Origin: Callorhinchus milii
Lineage: Eukaryota
Direction: 5' to 3'
Length of the DNA stretch: 64,000 bases
Assembly: GCF_018977255.1 (NCBI RefSeq)
Contig: NW_024704742.1
Coordinates: forward strand, 91,948,001-92,012,000
The position numbers and the translations under genes are program-made. The first letter of the stretch is position 1; every line of letters starts with the position of its first letter. The notes beneath the pieces are model-generated. The model did not search any database and was not told the origin of the DNA. It saw only the letters and a list, made by a program, of their open reading frames with translations. This document shows, one piece after another, positions 23,621 to 36,530 of this stretch.

Positions 23621-26600
23621 AGTAAAGTTGGTGTCCATCACAACTCTCACATACTGATATAAATCAACCACTGGGACAAACCTGATTATATTTTCTAAGT
23701 GATATCTTCAAGGTCTCCTCAGAATATACAGTGGAAGAACAATTATACCAAATTGAAATTGATGGAATTATCTCAATTCTTTTCTTTGCTTCACTTGACT
23801 TCTATTCTTTGTCTGATTCTGTTAACTATGTTACTCAATGTGTGGTATAATCACTGGAAACTGTGTGTTCTGACAGTGGGATCCATGTACTTTCAGGTCA
23901 GTGTGTTCTGTGGTCAGTGTAATTTGTGGGATAATGATTACAGTGAGGTAATCTCTGAGGTTGTTACCTGTATAACCAGTGCAATTTGTGTATTGGACCT
24001 TGATCAATGATTGACTTAATGAAGTGATGAAAATGTAAATGAAGTTAGGGATTGATGATTTAGTGCCAGTTCACAAATGTCCCACAAACAGCCAGGAAGT
24101 GAATGACCAATGTTATCCAGGGGTTGTTGGCCAGGACACCGGGAGAAACATCCTTGTTTTTTCGAATAGTGCCATGGGATGTTTAACATCCAACTGAACA
24201 GGCAGATGGGACCTTGGTTTAACTCATCTGAAGGACGGCACCTCCAACATTGCAACACACCCCAGCATTGCACTGGAGTGCCAATCAACAACAACAACTT
24301 GCATTTATATACGCTCCTCACGCAAGGTAACGTCCCAGAGCACTTGACAGTGGTGGAGCACAATGCCGAGCTGGGGGAGGGAAGTGGAGGGAGGGGACCG
24401 TAAGCACAGTTGAAGAGGAAGGTCTTCGGTCATGACCTGCAGATGGGGAAGGAAGGGATAAGGCAGAGGGATAGAGGAAGAGTGTTCCAGAATTTTAGGG
24501 CATTGTGGCTGAAAGCATAGCCGCTGTTGGTGGACAGTAGGGCAGAGGGATATGAAGAAGGCCAGAGCCAGTCGAGGGGAAGCAAGTGAGGCTAACTGTG
24601 AGTTCAAAGTCCTGGTTGGGGCTTGAACCCACAACTCAGGGGTGAAAGTACAACCAATTGCCAGGCTGCCATGAATAAAATAAACAGAAAATATATAAGG
24701 GACAAGGGTTGCAAAAAGCAAAAAAAGCTTAAATTGTATATTTCTTTCTGCAACTTTTATTATTGTGTCTTTCTCACCCATTTTCTCCTTTTTTCTGCTA
24801 TTCTCTCCTGAAGTTGCTTTAATTCCTATTTCATATTTGGATGTCTATAAAACCAGTTGACGTTAAGCTAGGCTTTATTGAGCTGGTGTGTGTGTGTGTG
24901 TGTATATGGGGGTGCATGTGGTCATTACACTTGAGTCCAATTCTGTCCTTGTACAAAATCTAGTTGTTTCTCTCTCCCGGTGTGTTGGCTATCAAACCCT
25001 CAAATAAAATTGATCGCTTAATCCATGAGTGTTTGTGGGACACTGCTTTGCGAAATTGGCTGCTGCATTTCGCCCACAAAATATAGAGTCAACCCACTGA
25101 ACAATATATTCTGTGAAGCCCTTTGAGACAGCACTTTGAAAAGGCATTATATCAAATGCAAGGAATATTATTATTATTATCCACACATAAGCAAACTCAG
25201 CCGTTTCGAGAGTGGGAACCCCGGAATTGACCTGGAACCTTGTGGGCATTTGTAGGCTGAGACTATATAAATCACATTGAGGATTGAATGAACCTGAGAT
25301 TTTCCAAGTCCACATGAAGCAGCTACTCACTCAGAGAACAACTTGTTCATTTTTAATGAAAGTTGTTTTTGCTAGTGGCAAGGTAGAGGTACAAACATAT
25401 GTCAAATGAATGCAAGGATTATTATTAAAGTAAAACGGACAAATCATGCTGATTGTGTGTCAGCTGCAAATAGGAGGTGAAATAAAGTAAGAAAAACAGA
25501 ACGAAAGTTGAGAAATTTGTGCTACCACATAAATAAAGACATTTTCAGGCTCATGCCTTTCTGTGAAACCTACAAATATCTGAGAAGTTACACTTGTTGA
25601 AGAAATCCAGAATTGGCATGTTTCAGTTACCCAGAAATTAAGTATCTACCAGTGCCCTAAAGATATTTTGACCTTTAAGATCTCGCTTCTGTTAGATTCT
25701 GTTTGCACTGTTAGCCTGGCCAGGAATGGTAGGTCAAAGGACCTCTAGTGGCAAATGGTCAGTAAATAACAGAGCAACAAATACACATAAAAATGGTCAT
25801 ACAATTCCCTTTGAGTGTGAAAACACCACTAAGTGGCAGTGCAGAGTAGTTTTATTGTTGTTATGGTTACCATTGCCATAAGATTCAAGTACATCTTTAA
25901 ATATGAAGTGTTTTGCTTGCGAATGAATGTTAACCCATATTATTTAAAAAGACATAGATTTAGAAAGATTTACAATAGCAGTTCTAAAACCTCTTAATTT
26001 AAGCAATGCACACGAATAATTGAAACAGAAACAGTTTGCAGTGGTCTTGCCTGCAAACAAAGCATTGAAATAGACAACGTATGTTTGCGTTCGTCCATGT
26101 TAACTCTCAACAGTAACAGTCATAAAATCTAAATAATGTTGCTGTGCACATGATGCATCACTAGAACAACAGCATGTGTTTATATAGTTCCCTTCATACA
26201 GGGTAACGTCTCGCAGCACTTTACAAAGAAAGACAGGGAGAGGTGATCATAGTTGACAAGGTAGGTTTTGAGGTGGGATTTAAAAACAGACAGAGATGGG
26301 GCAGGATGGAGGAGTGTGTGTGGGGGGGGGGGGGGTGAGTGGGGAGAGGTCCTGAGGTTACAGGGCATAGTATCTGAAAGTTCAGCCACTGGCAGCAGTG
26401 CAGCAAGAAACATATAGCAAGCCGAATTTAATTGAGCAGAGGAGGCGATAGAGGCAGGTGAAACAACAATAATGTGCATTTATATAGCGCCCTTCACACA
26501 GGGAGCAGGAGAGGTAGAGGACAAGGTGAATAGGGGAAGGAGGGTGATCGAAGGCAAGGCATAGAGGAGATCTTGAGACATGTCTTGAAGGAGGCGAGGG

Positions 26601-28699
26601 AGCGAGGCAAAGGGACTGTGGGATGGAGATCCAAAGGTTGGGGACAGAGAAGCTGAAGGCCTGATCGCCGATGGTGGACAGGACCATGAAGGTTGAGGTG
26701 AGAGGAGAGGCAGTGGAGGAGGATAGAGTGGTCAACAATGTATGTTTTGCCTACAAATACACAGTCACTACATCTTAAAGTAAATCCTGTGAAGTGTTTT
26801 GAGACATTATGATGATGTGATATGGCACCATATGGAAGGATTATTATTTATGGTAAATCACTGTCACTTTTCTTACGTATCCTCTGGCTCTTTCCCTCTT
26901 ATTAAATACTTGTTAAATCCTGCTGCTTTGTAAGTAATTACAAAAGATTTTCACTATTGTAATCTCCAGAGCCATGACATTTTTCAAGGTCTCCACTTTA
27001 AAACCAATGCCTTAGAATTTAAGATTGTGCAGAATTTTGGAAAATTCTTTGAATTCAGTCTTAATTTGGAAGTTTTTTTTCAGTTCTTAAAAAGTCAAGT
27101 ATAGTAAATTGGATAATTAGCTTTCAAAAGTGAACTAGATAACTACCTAAAAAAAGGTATATGGGGAAAGGTCAGATAAATGGGACTGAAAGGATTGTTC
27201 TTAAAATAACCAACACAGTCACAATGGGACAAATAGCCTTCTTTTGTGTTGTAAATTTCTATGGTTCTAATTTGGATATTGCAAAAGTCTCTACAATTAC
27301 CAGTAAAATAAATGTCAACCTCTTGAACATGCTATGGGTTTGGAGCAAGCATTGCTGGACGGCATTACCCAGAATGTGGAAGGCAAGCGAGATTTAGTGT
27401 GCTCCATGACAACACGACCAGTGGAAGGAGAATTGAGCTGAATCAATACTTTGTAGTGTGTTTGGTGATATGATACCTGAGCCAGATGGGTCCACAGGGC
27501 ATGTTTAATGATTGACCAATCTGCCTAGTTCATCAATATGACTGGAATGGTAGACATGTCATTGAGGGTTGACTATCCTGCTCCTAGTTACACTGCAAGC
27601 CAATGCTCTATTTGCTAGCATCACTGAATAAACAGCAAATCTGACCACTGGTTTGTAGTGGTAAGATGAATCTCTTTGGCAGGCACATTTCCAGCAAGTC
27701 CTTAATCCACAATTGGATCGCTAATGCCTTTGATTCTGCCAACCATATGCATTCTCCAAATAATGGGAAAGTTGGGTATATCTTTCCTACTCCTCCTCAC
27801 TTCCTCCAGGGGATTATGCATTTAAGAATTCCTGGAACACAGAAAAGCTGTTTCTGTGAGAAGCTGGAACCGAGGATTTTGAGGACAGCAAATGGTTTCT
27901 GTGCGTGTCTGACTCCAGCCTGGTGGAAAAAGTTTACAATGCGTTTCAAATTCTTTGTGAAGGTTCCCCTACTCCATGAATTATGCTTGTTTTAATGCTG
28001 AGGTTGCTTATGATACTGTTTATATGGTCTTAGGTTCTGCGTTGTTCTTGGAGCTTATTTAATTTGGGATATTGTCACACAAAATAATTCAGAGAGCTAA
28101 GATCCAAATCATGACTCTAATACTTCTTTTCAAATAGACAATCTCTATGCAGCCTGGAGGGAGTCCAGTATGCTTTCTGAATGACTTTGAATTGGGTTAA
28201 TCTTGTTTTAGATTCGCTGGAGCCCACATATATATACATATCTTTTCCAATCATCCTTCAAAACAATATCACCTAAGGATGGCTTCCATATTTTCTTTTG
28301 ATGGTGGAACAATGTTTTGATTTGAAGACTAAAGTTCTTCATTTAGTCATGAACATTTAAGTGACTCTCAGTTAACTGCTGCAAAGTGACATCTACCACC
28401 CTTAGCGCATGCTGCACTTGTTGGAACCTAAATAAATATTTATTCAGGAGATTACATTCCAATCACAGCAAACTGTAGGATTTAAAATTAATTCTATAAT
28501 GTAAATCTTTCATTGTAATTGCACCAGTTTTATCTCAGCTGTTGAATGGCATTATTATTCCTCTTTCAGATTCACATTTTAATCAGATGGACATTAGATG
28601 TTGAGGTAGATGAAAACCAAAGAAGATTTTCAATTGAGTTATCTTGTCTTGACACTTTCAGAGGTACAAGCCTCCTTGTATCATGTTCTGGAAGGTTAT

Positions 28700-29000
28700 G
28701 GGTAGGACTGTCGATCTGATTGAGGTTTGTAAAATAATTAAAGGATTCAATAGGGTAGATACAGAGAAATTATTTCCTCTAGTAGGGGAATCCAGAACAA
28801 GGGAGCCTAATTTTAAAATAAAGCTAGGCTATTCAGAAGTGAAATTAGGAGTCATTTTTTACCCAAAGGGTAGTGGAATTCTGGAACTCTCTCCCCCAAA
28901 AGGCTGAGGATGTTGGATCCATTCACATTTTCAAGGCGGAGGTGGATAGATATTTGTTAAGTCGATGTATTAAGGGATATGGGGCAAGGGCCGATAACTG
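28700..29000 (+). mobile_element. CR1 LINE 3' fragment
   Basis: DLIEVCKIIKGFNRVDTEKLFPL and WNSLPQK motifs. Confidence 0.8.
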
Positions 29001-30960
29001 GTTTCTTCAAGGGGGGGGGGGTGATAGTGGCTGTTTTGATTGGGTAGGAACAGTGCCAGATGACAGGGAGAGGTTGATCATGTTGATGAGTAGTGGGGCA
29101 AGGAGGTGCAACTGGGAATTAAGGAGAGGGGTGGGATGGGAGCAGGTAGTGGGCTTCATGAAGGATATCGTGGTGATGATAGAGGAGGGGGTGACAGGTT
29201 CAAAGGTTTGGAAGGAGGGATGGGTGGTGGTCGTAGTGTGTGGGGGGGGGGGGGGGGGTGGAAAATGGGAGGGCAGTGGCAGCTGAGCAGATTCCCTCGA
29301 TTTTGGACTCCAGGAAGTCCAGCATTTCCTCGCAGTAAGAGTTGGAGGAAAGAATCTGCGAGGCGTGGCGGGGAGTGCGGAAGAACTGGTTGGTGGTGGA
29401 GAACAGGAGCGTGGGGTTGCCCTTCGCCTCCAGGATTAACCTGGTATAGAAGGACGATTTGGCTGAGGCGAGAACGGAACAGTAGATTTTGATGTGGTCC
29501 AGCCAGATGTGCCATTGGACCGTTAGGCCGCATTTGAGCCAAGTGTGTTCGGCAGCCCGCACCTGGCCCTTGAGAAAGTGGAGGTGGCTGGTGAACCAGG
29601 GTGAGGATCGGGAATAGTAAGCAGTTCAGGAGGTGAGGGGGGCAAGGATATCAAGTGTGGTGGAGAGGGTGCTATGGAGGAGAGTAAACGCAGAGGATGG
29701 GTTGGTGTGGAAGATGGGCCAGAGGGGGAGGAGTTCAGAGGACTCCAGGGCAGCGGAGAGGGATTGCGGGGAGATCTTCTTCCACGGGTGGTAGGAGATA
29801 GTGGTAGGTTTGGAGGCAGTGTGCAGAGGGATATAGGAGTTGAGGGAGATGAAGTGGTGGTCAGAGATGGCCTTGTCGGTTGGTGATGGTGACATCCAAG
29901 ACGCTGAGGCCCCGGGTGATCACCAGGTCAAGCTGATGGCCATGAACGTGGATAGCAGAGTGGATGTGGAAGGAGAGGTTGAAAGAGAGAAGAGAGGAGA
30001 AGTCTGAGGAGGTGGAGCAAGAGGGGTGAAGTGGAAGTTAAAGTTGCATGGATGATGAGGCGGTCGGAGCAGAGGCAGAGGGAAGCTAGAAGGGTGGCGA
30101 TGTCAGAGATGAAGGTGGAGGAGGATTTTGGGGGCCGGTAAATTAGGAGAATTTTTAGTGAGAGATGGAAGGGATGGCAGATGGTGTTCAAAAGATTGGA
30201 ATGAGCCTACAGAGTAGGGGTATAGGGCAAGTGAAGCCCTGGAGATGAGGGCCATACCACTGCCACGGCAGTTGGAGCGTGGGGCATGGTGGTAGGTGCA
30301 GCCGGGTGGTGTGGCCTCAGTGAGAGGGAAAGTGCCACCTGTTTCCAGTTTCCGTGAGGCCTATAATATCAACGTTCTCATCGAGGATGAGATCATTGAC
30401 GGCCATTGATGTTTTGAAGGCCAATGCAGAGTGGCAGACAGCTGGCAGGGGGATGTGTGGGATGGGAGGGAGTAGTGGATTGGTTGGCAGGGAGGGTAGG
30501 GATGTGGATGAGGGAGGAGAGGTTAGCCCCCGGGGTCTGGGTCCGGGTTGGCTTGCGGCAGTAGTGGGGAATGGGGCAGTTGGTGTGGCTGCTGCTGGAC
30601 AGCCAACGCTGAGTGCCACGATGAGCCCGGCGGAGGATTCCCAGGCTGGAGCAGAGCGAGGCAGTGGGGGGAGTCAAGCAGAGATAGGAGGCGGGGAGGG
30701 CGGAGAGAGAGCAGGACAGAGCGGGAGAGTTGCAGGGAGGAGGGCATTTTGAGGGAGGGCCAGCGTGGGTCAGGGGTGGCAGCCAAGATGCGCACGCTAA
30801 GACGAGAGGCGGCAGATTAGTGGGACATTGTAAGCCTGCAGGAGGCTGTGGGGGCTAGAGGTGGCGCAGAGGGGGGGAGGCGCTCATTGTGGTTAGCAAT
30901 GAGCAGCCTGCAGGGGAAGGACAGGGGAGGGAGACAGACAGAGGATGGGAGGGAGGGACA
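29000..30960 (-). mobile_element. L2-clade LINE 5' portion (APE endonuclease and linker), decayed
   Basis: Frameshifted APE motifs IIGLTET, LLIYRPPK and ISDHHFI, then the linker RAAEHTW...YTRLILEAKGNPTLLFSTTN. Pyrimidine-rich on the coding strand. Confidence 0.85.
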
Positions 30961-33329
30961 CTGGTATCGACATACTGGTATCCAACAATAGGGTGCGTGA
31001 TTGAATATTCAGTGACTCAGGGATTTAGCAACAGAAGGGTACTTTTGGAAACTGCTTTGCTTCAATGCATCAGATGTGGAGCCAACTCTCTAAATAACTC
31101 TGATTAAAATATTTGCGATTATGGAGTTTGATTGCAGTCATCTGGAAAAGGAAGGAGGGATTATTATTTTTGGAGGGATCATTATTAGGTGTGTGGAATA
31201 AGGAAACTTGCCCAAGGTTTCGCCCTCTGCCTGGAATTGAACTCAGGTCTCTCGCTTGCAAAGCGAGTGCTCTAACCACTGAGCTACGGGACTCCATGAG
31301 TAACAAATCATGGACCTGGAAGCAATGATATTTTAACGGAGGTTTCTGCTATGGAGGTAAATAATTATGAATAATTTGGCTCAAACGTGTAGTGCTTATT
31401 AACCAATGGTTAATCACAAATATTCTATCAGCAAAGTAGGCATTCTTGCCTCCGAGGCAAAAGTTGGGGATTGATGCCCCTCATTTGGCACTTTGAACTC
31501 ATGTTGTCTAGGCTGGCCCTCCAGTGGTGGGGGAGCACTGCATTGTCAGAGGTGGCAAAATTAAGATGCCGTCTGCCTGTTTAAGTGGACATTAGAGATT
31601 CCCTGGCACTTTTTGAAAAGTGAAGTGAATTTCTCCCAGTGTCCTGGCCAACAATCCCTCAGATAAAGTTGATCAGTCACTTCATGGCTGTATGTGGAAG
31701 ATTGCTGTGTGCAAATTGGCGTGCCTACAAAATGCACAGTCACTGTACTTAACAGCGTATCCTGTGATACACTTTGAGACATCTCCTCCGATGTAAAATG
31801 CAACGATCATTAAGTTTAAAAAAGACAATGTGGAAAATGACTTCAAGCAAAATAATATGAAGGTCTGCCAGGGGGAACTGAAGAGAATGAGGCAATTTAT
31901 TTTATATTTTAAACTTCCTCAGAGATGGTTATGTTTTGAGATAGACCAGGCAGACAGGGAGGCCCTGAGGCAGAAGACAGCTTAAATATAACCTCAAGGG
32001 CTACTTGCTGGTTACTTAGGTTTGTAGATAAACTAAAAAAGAGTGAAATATCAGCTCACCTTTAACAGCAGCTAAATTAAATTCTTCCCTGAGTTGTCCA
32101 AGGAATTCAAGCCCATCGAGTGAGCTCAAATGAAACTTTACAACAAGGAGTTATGCAGCTGATTTCCCTGACCATTTCAGCATTCATTGTCAGGAACCAT
32201 TTGTCGACTCTAACTTATTCAGGAAAGCAGAATCCATCACAGGACATTCAAAAACAATAAAGGTTACTTGCAAGAAGCACAGAGCTGATGTGGCGCAAAA
32301 AAAGCTATGCATTTAATTCTTATGGGTCTGCAAGGTTATTAGTTTCTCAGTCTACAGAGAGCTCAGTGTCAATTTCAATTTGGGCTGCCGTTTGCAGTTG
32401 ACAGTACTTGTTAGAGCGGTTGTGCTTTTCCTTTATAGAATACAGACCATATCTCAGTTGTTGGCTCATTATGTTCATTTTTTTCGGGGTCATATGTTGG
32501 TGAAAACACAGCATGATACTTATGCCAATTGGTTACACTGCTATCGCCTTATACTGATGCCAGCATCACAGCATTGTAATGTTATCTCATCAGCACTGGG
32601 GCCTCTGTTACACACACAGCCAAAGGTCAAGGATTGTAACTGCAGGAGCATAGGAGATAGCTCTCAGTATAAAATACACCCATGACAATAGAAATTGGTG
32701 AAGGCATTTTTATCATTCGTAAAGCACAGCAATCTAAGTGCTGGAGGCTTTTGATGTTGACTGAATCTAATGCTGATTGAATCTGAATATATAATATGAG
32801 CTCATATCAGCAGTGATTAAAGCAGTCCAAGTCATCACCATTAAACAGAGTTGATACAAATAGGTTGAAGTTAATGTGCTTCATAGATAACTATCGGGGG
32901 GGAAAGGAAGGTGGTTCCTGTGACACCACAGCACGACAAGAAGGGAAATTAAGATCCAAAGAGGATGTTGGTCCACCAAATGTTGTCTCTAACATCTGGA
33001 ACTTCCTCCCTCTATCCCTCCCTTGCCTCCTCTCTATCTATTTTTCTGTCCTGTCTCTTAATGTACTCAGCTCACCATTGTAAAAACATGCAGGACAAAG
33101 TTCTGAAGAGCAAGGACAGGAGCAGTGATAGAAAATATCTTCTATGAAAAAGATCATTTGAGTTCTTAGTCTAGGGCTCACACTCCAGGGCTGCGCTGAT
33201 GAAGTTCTGCATTGTCAGAAGTGCCGTCTTTCAGATGAGACATTAATCCTGTGTCCTGACTGTCTATTATCAGGTGGATGTTAAATATCTTATGGTGCTC
33301 ATCAGAAAGAAAGGTGTCCTGGCCAACAA

Positions 33330-33676
33330 TAGCATGGTGGTTAGAGGACTCGCCTCAGAAGTGAGAGGACCTGAGTTCCGTTCCCGTGCAGGGCAAAACC
33401 TTAGGCAAGTTTCCTTACTCCACACACTCTGTTCACCTCGCAGTAAGTAAGATCCTGCTTGTTAGTCGATTGGTGAATTACTTTCCGGGAGTAATAATCC
33501 CTCAAAAAAAATTGGTCTCTCAATCCACAACTGTTTGTGGAACACTGCTGCACAATTGGGTGCCACATTTCATCCACAAGATACACAGTCAATTCACTTT
33601 ACAGTATATTCTGTTAAGCGCTTTGAGACATCTCAAAGCCCTAAATCAAATGCTAGGATTATTATTATTATTATTA
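33330..33676 (+). mobile_element. tRNA-derived SINE, long subfamily, inserted in an older Deu-type SINE (starting ~33160)
   Basis: Head GGTTAGAGGACTCGCC, core and (TTA)n tail. Confidence 0.85.
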
Positions 33677-35031
33677 AGCAGGTCATTCGTCTAATTTTTG
33701 ACCTTGTATTTGGAAAATGCCAAGTTTACCTACAAAAACCAGTCACCACCCTTGACAATAATTACTGTAAAGTATTAGAGGCTTTTTGCCGTAATGAAGC
33801 ACTATTAAGATGCAAGTTCTTCTTTCGTTTCAACTCCTCCAAAAATCAATTGTAATTATTTGCCCCCTACTCCAAGTCAGTAGTCACTTGAATTTGAGTT
33901 ATATTTCCTGAGAGCTGATAGCAGGATTTCATGTCACTAAGCAGTTTTTAGGTACTTCATAATATTCTTCCAGAAATGTATTCAAATCTTTGCCAAATTT
34001 CTGTCCTCCTTCATTTATTTCTTGGAGATGAATGTGCGCTTGGCCCACACAGAAGTTGGTCTCTTGACAGTATGACCACTTCATTTAAACACAAACAAGA
34101 CCTGCACTCTGCAGTCAAAACTCATCAAAGTCGGCAGTGGAGTCTCGCAGGAATCCCACTGTAATAACACAGTTTAATAGGCGTCAGAGGACACCCGCCC
34201 GGGGACACCTGGACTTGAGACAAAGTGAAGTGGTGTCAGTTGGAGAGAATACACTATGTCAGTGAAGAAAAATGACAAATGCAGCTGTATTAACAAGCCT
34301 GCTACACAAGAAAGTTCAATTTACAGAATATGTCATTCAAATGTGAATGTACTGTAGTTACAGACATGCAGATGTGTCTTAGGGGAGTCAAGTGAGAACA
34401 ACTGTTTGTGTCACGGTGCTATGAAGGATACAGTAGATCCCTCAGTATGAGATCTGTCACCAATGTCACTCAGAGAGGCGGGTGCAGATCTTTGGATGAG
34501 AAAGTCTTCACTGTGCCTGCTGGTCACCAAGTCAGAATTTTTCACCATTCATGACATAGTTCTGCCACTTTTGTTAACTGTACTGAATGACAATAAGGGA
34601 ATTGTGAAATCTCAAAGTGTTTTTTTCTTTCAAATTTCCAGACCTTTTGCTGACCTGCTCAGCCTGAATAATTGATGCTATCTGAGAGCTGCAGGTTTGC
34701 CACAAAGCACAGTGGAATGGCTGAACTTCTCCTATACTGAAGTGGCAATAAAAGTTTAATGTACAGCAACAAGGTGCTGTGGAACTTAAAATTTTGATGC
34801 TCGGCAATGTGCATGGCTCAGAAGCACGGGCAGCTTGTTCAGTGTAGAAGTTGTATGCGGTCGGGGAATGGTGCAGATTGGGCCTGAGAATGAAGGAGTT
34901 TCCATGAGGAAAACAAAATTGGGATGTGTTCAGGGAAGAATACTGTAACGCAGAGAAAAACAGAATTGACTTACTGTTATACTAAGTTTGCTAGAGATAG
35001 CAAAGATGAGAGATTTAATGCAAGGTCATCA

Positions 35032-35350
35032 GTGGAGTCCTGTAGCTCAGTGGTTAGAGCACTCAAGCGAGAGACCTGAGTTCAATTCCAGGCAGGGCGA
35101 AACCTTGGGCAAGTTTCCTTACTCCACACGCCTAATAATAATCCCTCCAAAACCCCAAACAATAATAAATTGGTCATTTTCAATCCACGACTGTTTATGG
35201 GACATTGCTGTGCGCAATTGGCTGCCGCGTTCGCCCACAAATATACAGTCAATTCACTTTACAGTATATTCTGTGAAGCGCTTTGGGACGTCCTCCCGAC
35301 GTGAAAAACGCTATATCAAATGCAAGGATTATTATTATTATTATTATTAC
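35032..35350 (+). mobile_element. Young tRNA-derived SINE, short subfamily
   Basis: A box TAGCTCAGTGG and B box GTTCAATTCC, Deu-domain-like GCTGTGCGCAATTGGCTGCCGCGTT, L2-like 3' end, (TTA)n tail. Confidence 0.9.
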
Positions 35351-36218
35351 TATCATCCAAGGGGACTCTTAAATCTAGTAGTGATGAAGTACGGCCTCAG
35401 CTATTTTTATTATTTTCATTGTTTCGGGTGCAAACTCCTAATTGTCTAATGCCTGGAGACGTCCTCCCGAAGTGAAAGTGTCTATATAAATGCAATTTTT
35501 GTTGTTGTTGTGATTTTGCGTTTCTTTTTAACCACCTTTAAATTTTATTTGCAAACTCCGAGCCACGTTTCAGCAGCTCACTTTTGTCACCAAAAAAACT
35601 AGCCATTAAGCACAATGCCCAAGTGTCTTCCTGAAAGCCCATCTCTGTGTGAAGCAAGCAGTTACACATTCTGTAACGGGAGCGAGCTGGGAAAAACATG
35701 AATGCAAAAGCTGTGAAAGCTGAAAGTTATGAATGCAAAATGGGTTGCAAATACATAGCACACTAATAATAAATAATAATAATCCGTGTATTTGATATGA
35801 TGGGACGTCCTCCTGACGTGAAAGGCGATATACAATTGTAATCTTCTTGTTGTTGTTGATGCCTTATCACGTCATACTGTAAAGTGCGTTGACTGTATTT
35901 TTTTGAGGGGCAAAATGCAACAGCCAATTGTGCACAGCAGTGCCCCCAAACAATCGTGGATTGAGTGACTAAATTATTATGCATTTATTTATTTTTCAAG
36001 GGATTATTACCCCTAGAAAGCGATCTGTGAATCAACTAATAACTGGGCTCCTGGTGAGTGGTACAAACAACCAGTCGGTGTTTGAAAGGGAACAATGGGA
36101 TTTTCAGGTATGATCCTTCAACAGCTGGAGGGTTCTGATTAACAAACCATGCAAAGTGTTTTTCATATAAAAAGATGCCTCAAAGCACTTGACACACACA
36201 GCGATGGACACTGAGCCG

Positions 36219-36530
36219 TAATAATAATCCTTGCACTTGATATAGCACTTTTCACATCTTCTAGACGTCTCAAAGCGCTTCACAGAATAGACTGTAAAGT
36301 GAATTGACCGTATATTTGTGGGCGAAACGCAGCAGCCAATTGCGCGCAGCAGTGTCCCACAAACAGTCATGGATTGAAAATGACCAATTTATTATTGTTT
36401 TGTTTTGGAAGGATTATTATTAGGCGTGTGGAGTAAGGAAACTTGCCCAAGGTTTCGCCCTGCCTGGAATTGAACCCAGGTGTCTCACTTGTAAGGCGAG
36501 TGCTCTAACCACTGAGCTACAGGACGCCAC
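36219..36530 (-). mobile_element. Young tRNA-derived SINE, short subfamily
   Basis: Near reverse complement of 35032-35350. Confidence 0.9.

Noticed and set aside
31215..31296. tRNA gene (also at 35032, 36460 and 17688)
   Set aside because: A/B boxes are present, but the anticodon loop is non-canonical, there is no acceptor stem, and each continues into a SINE body.
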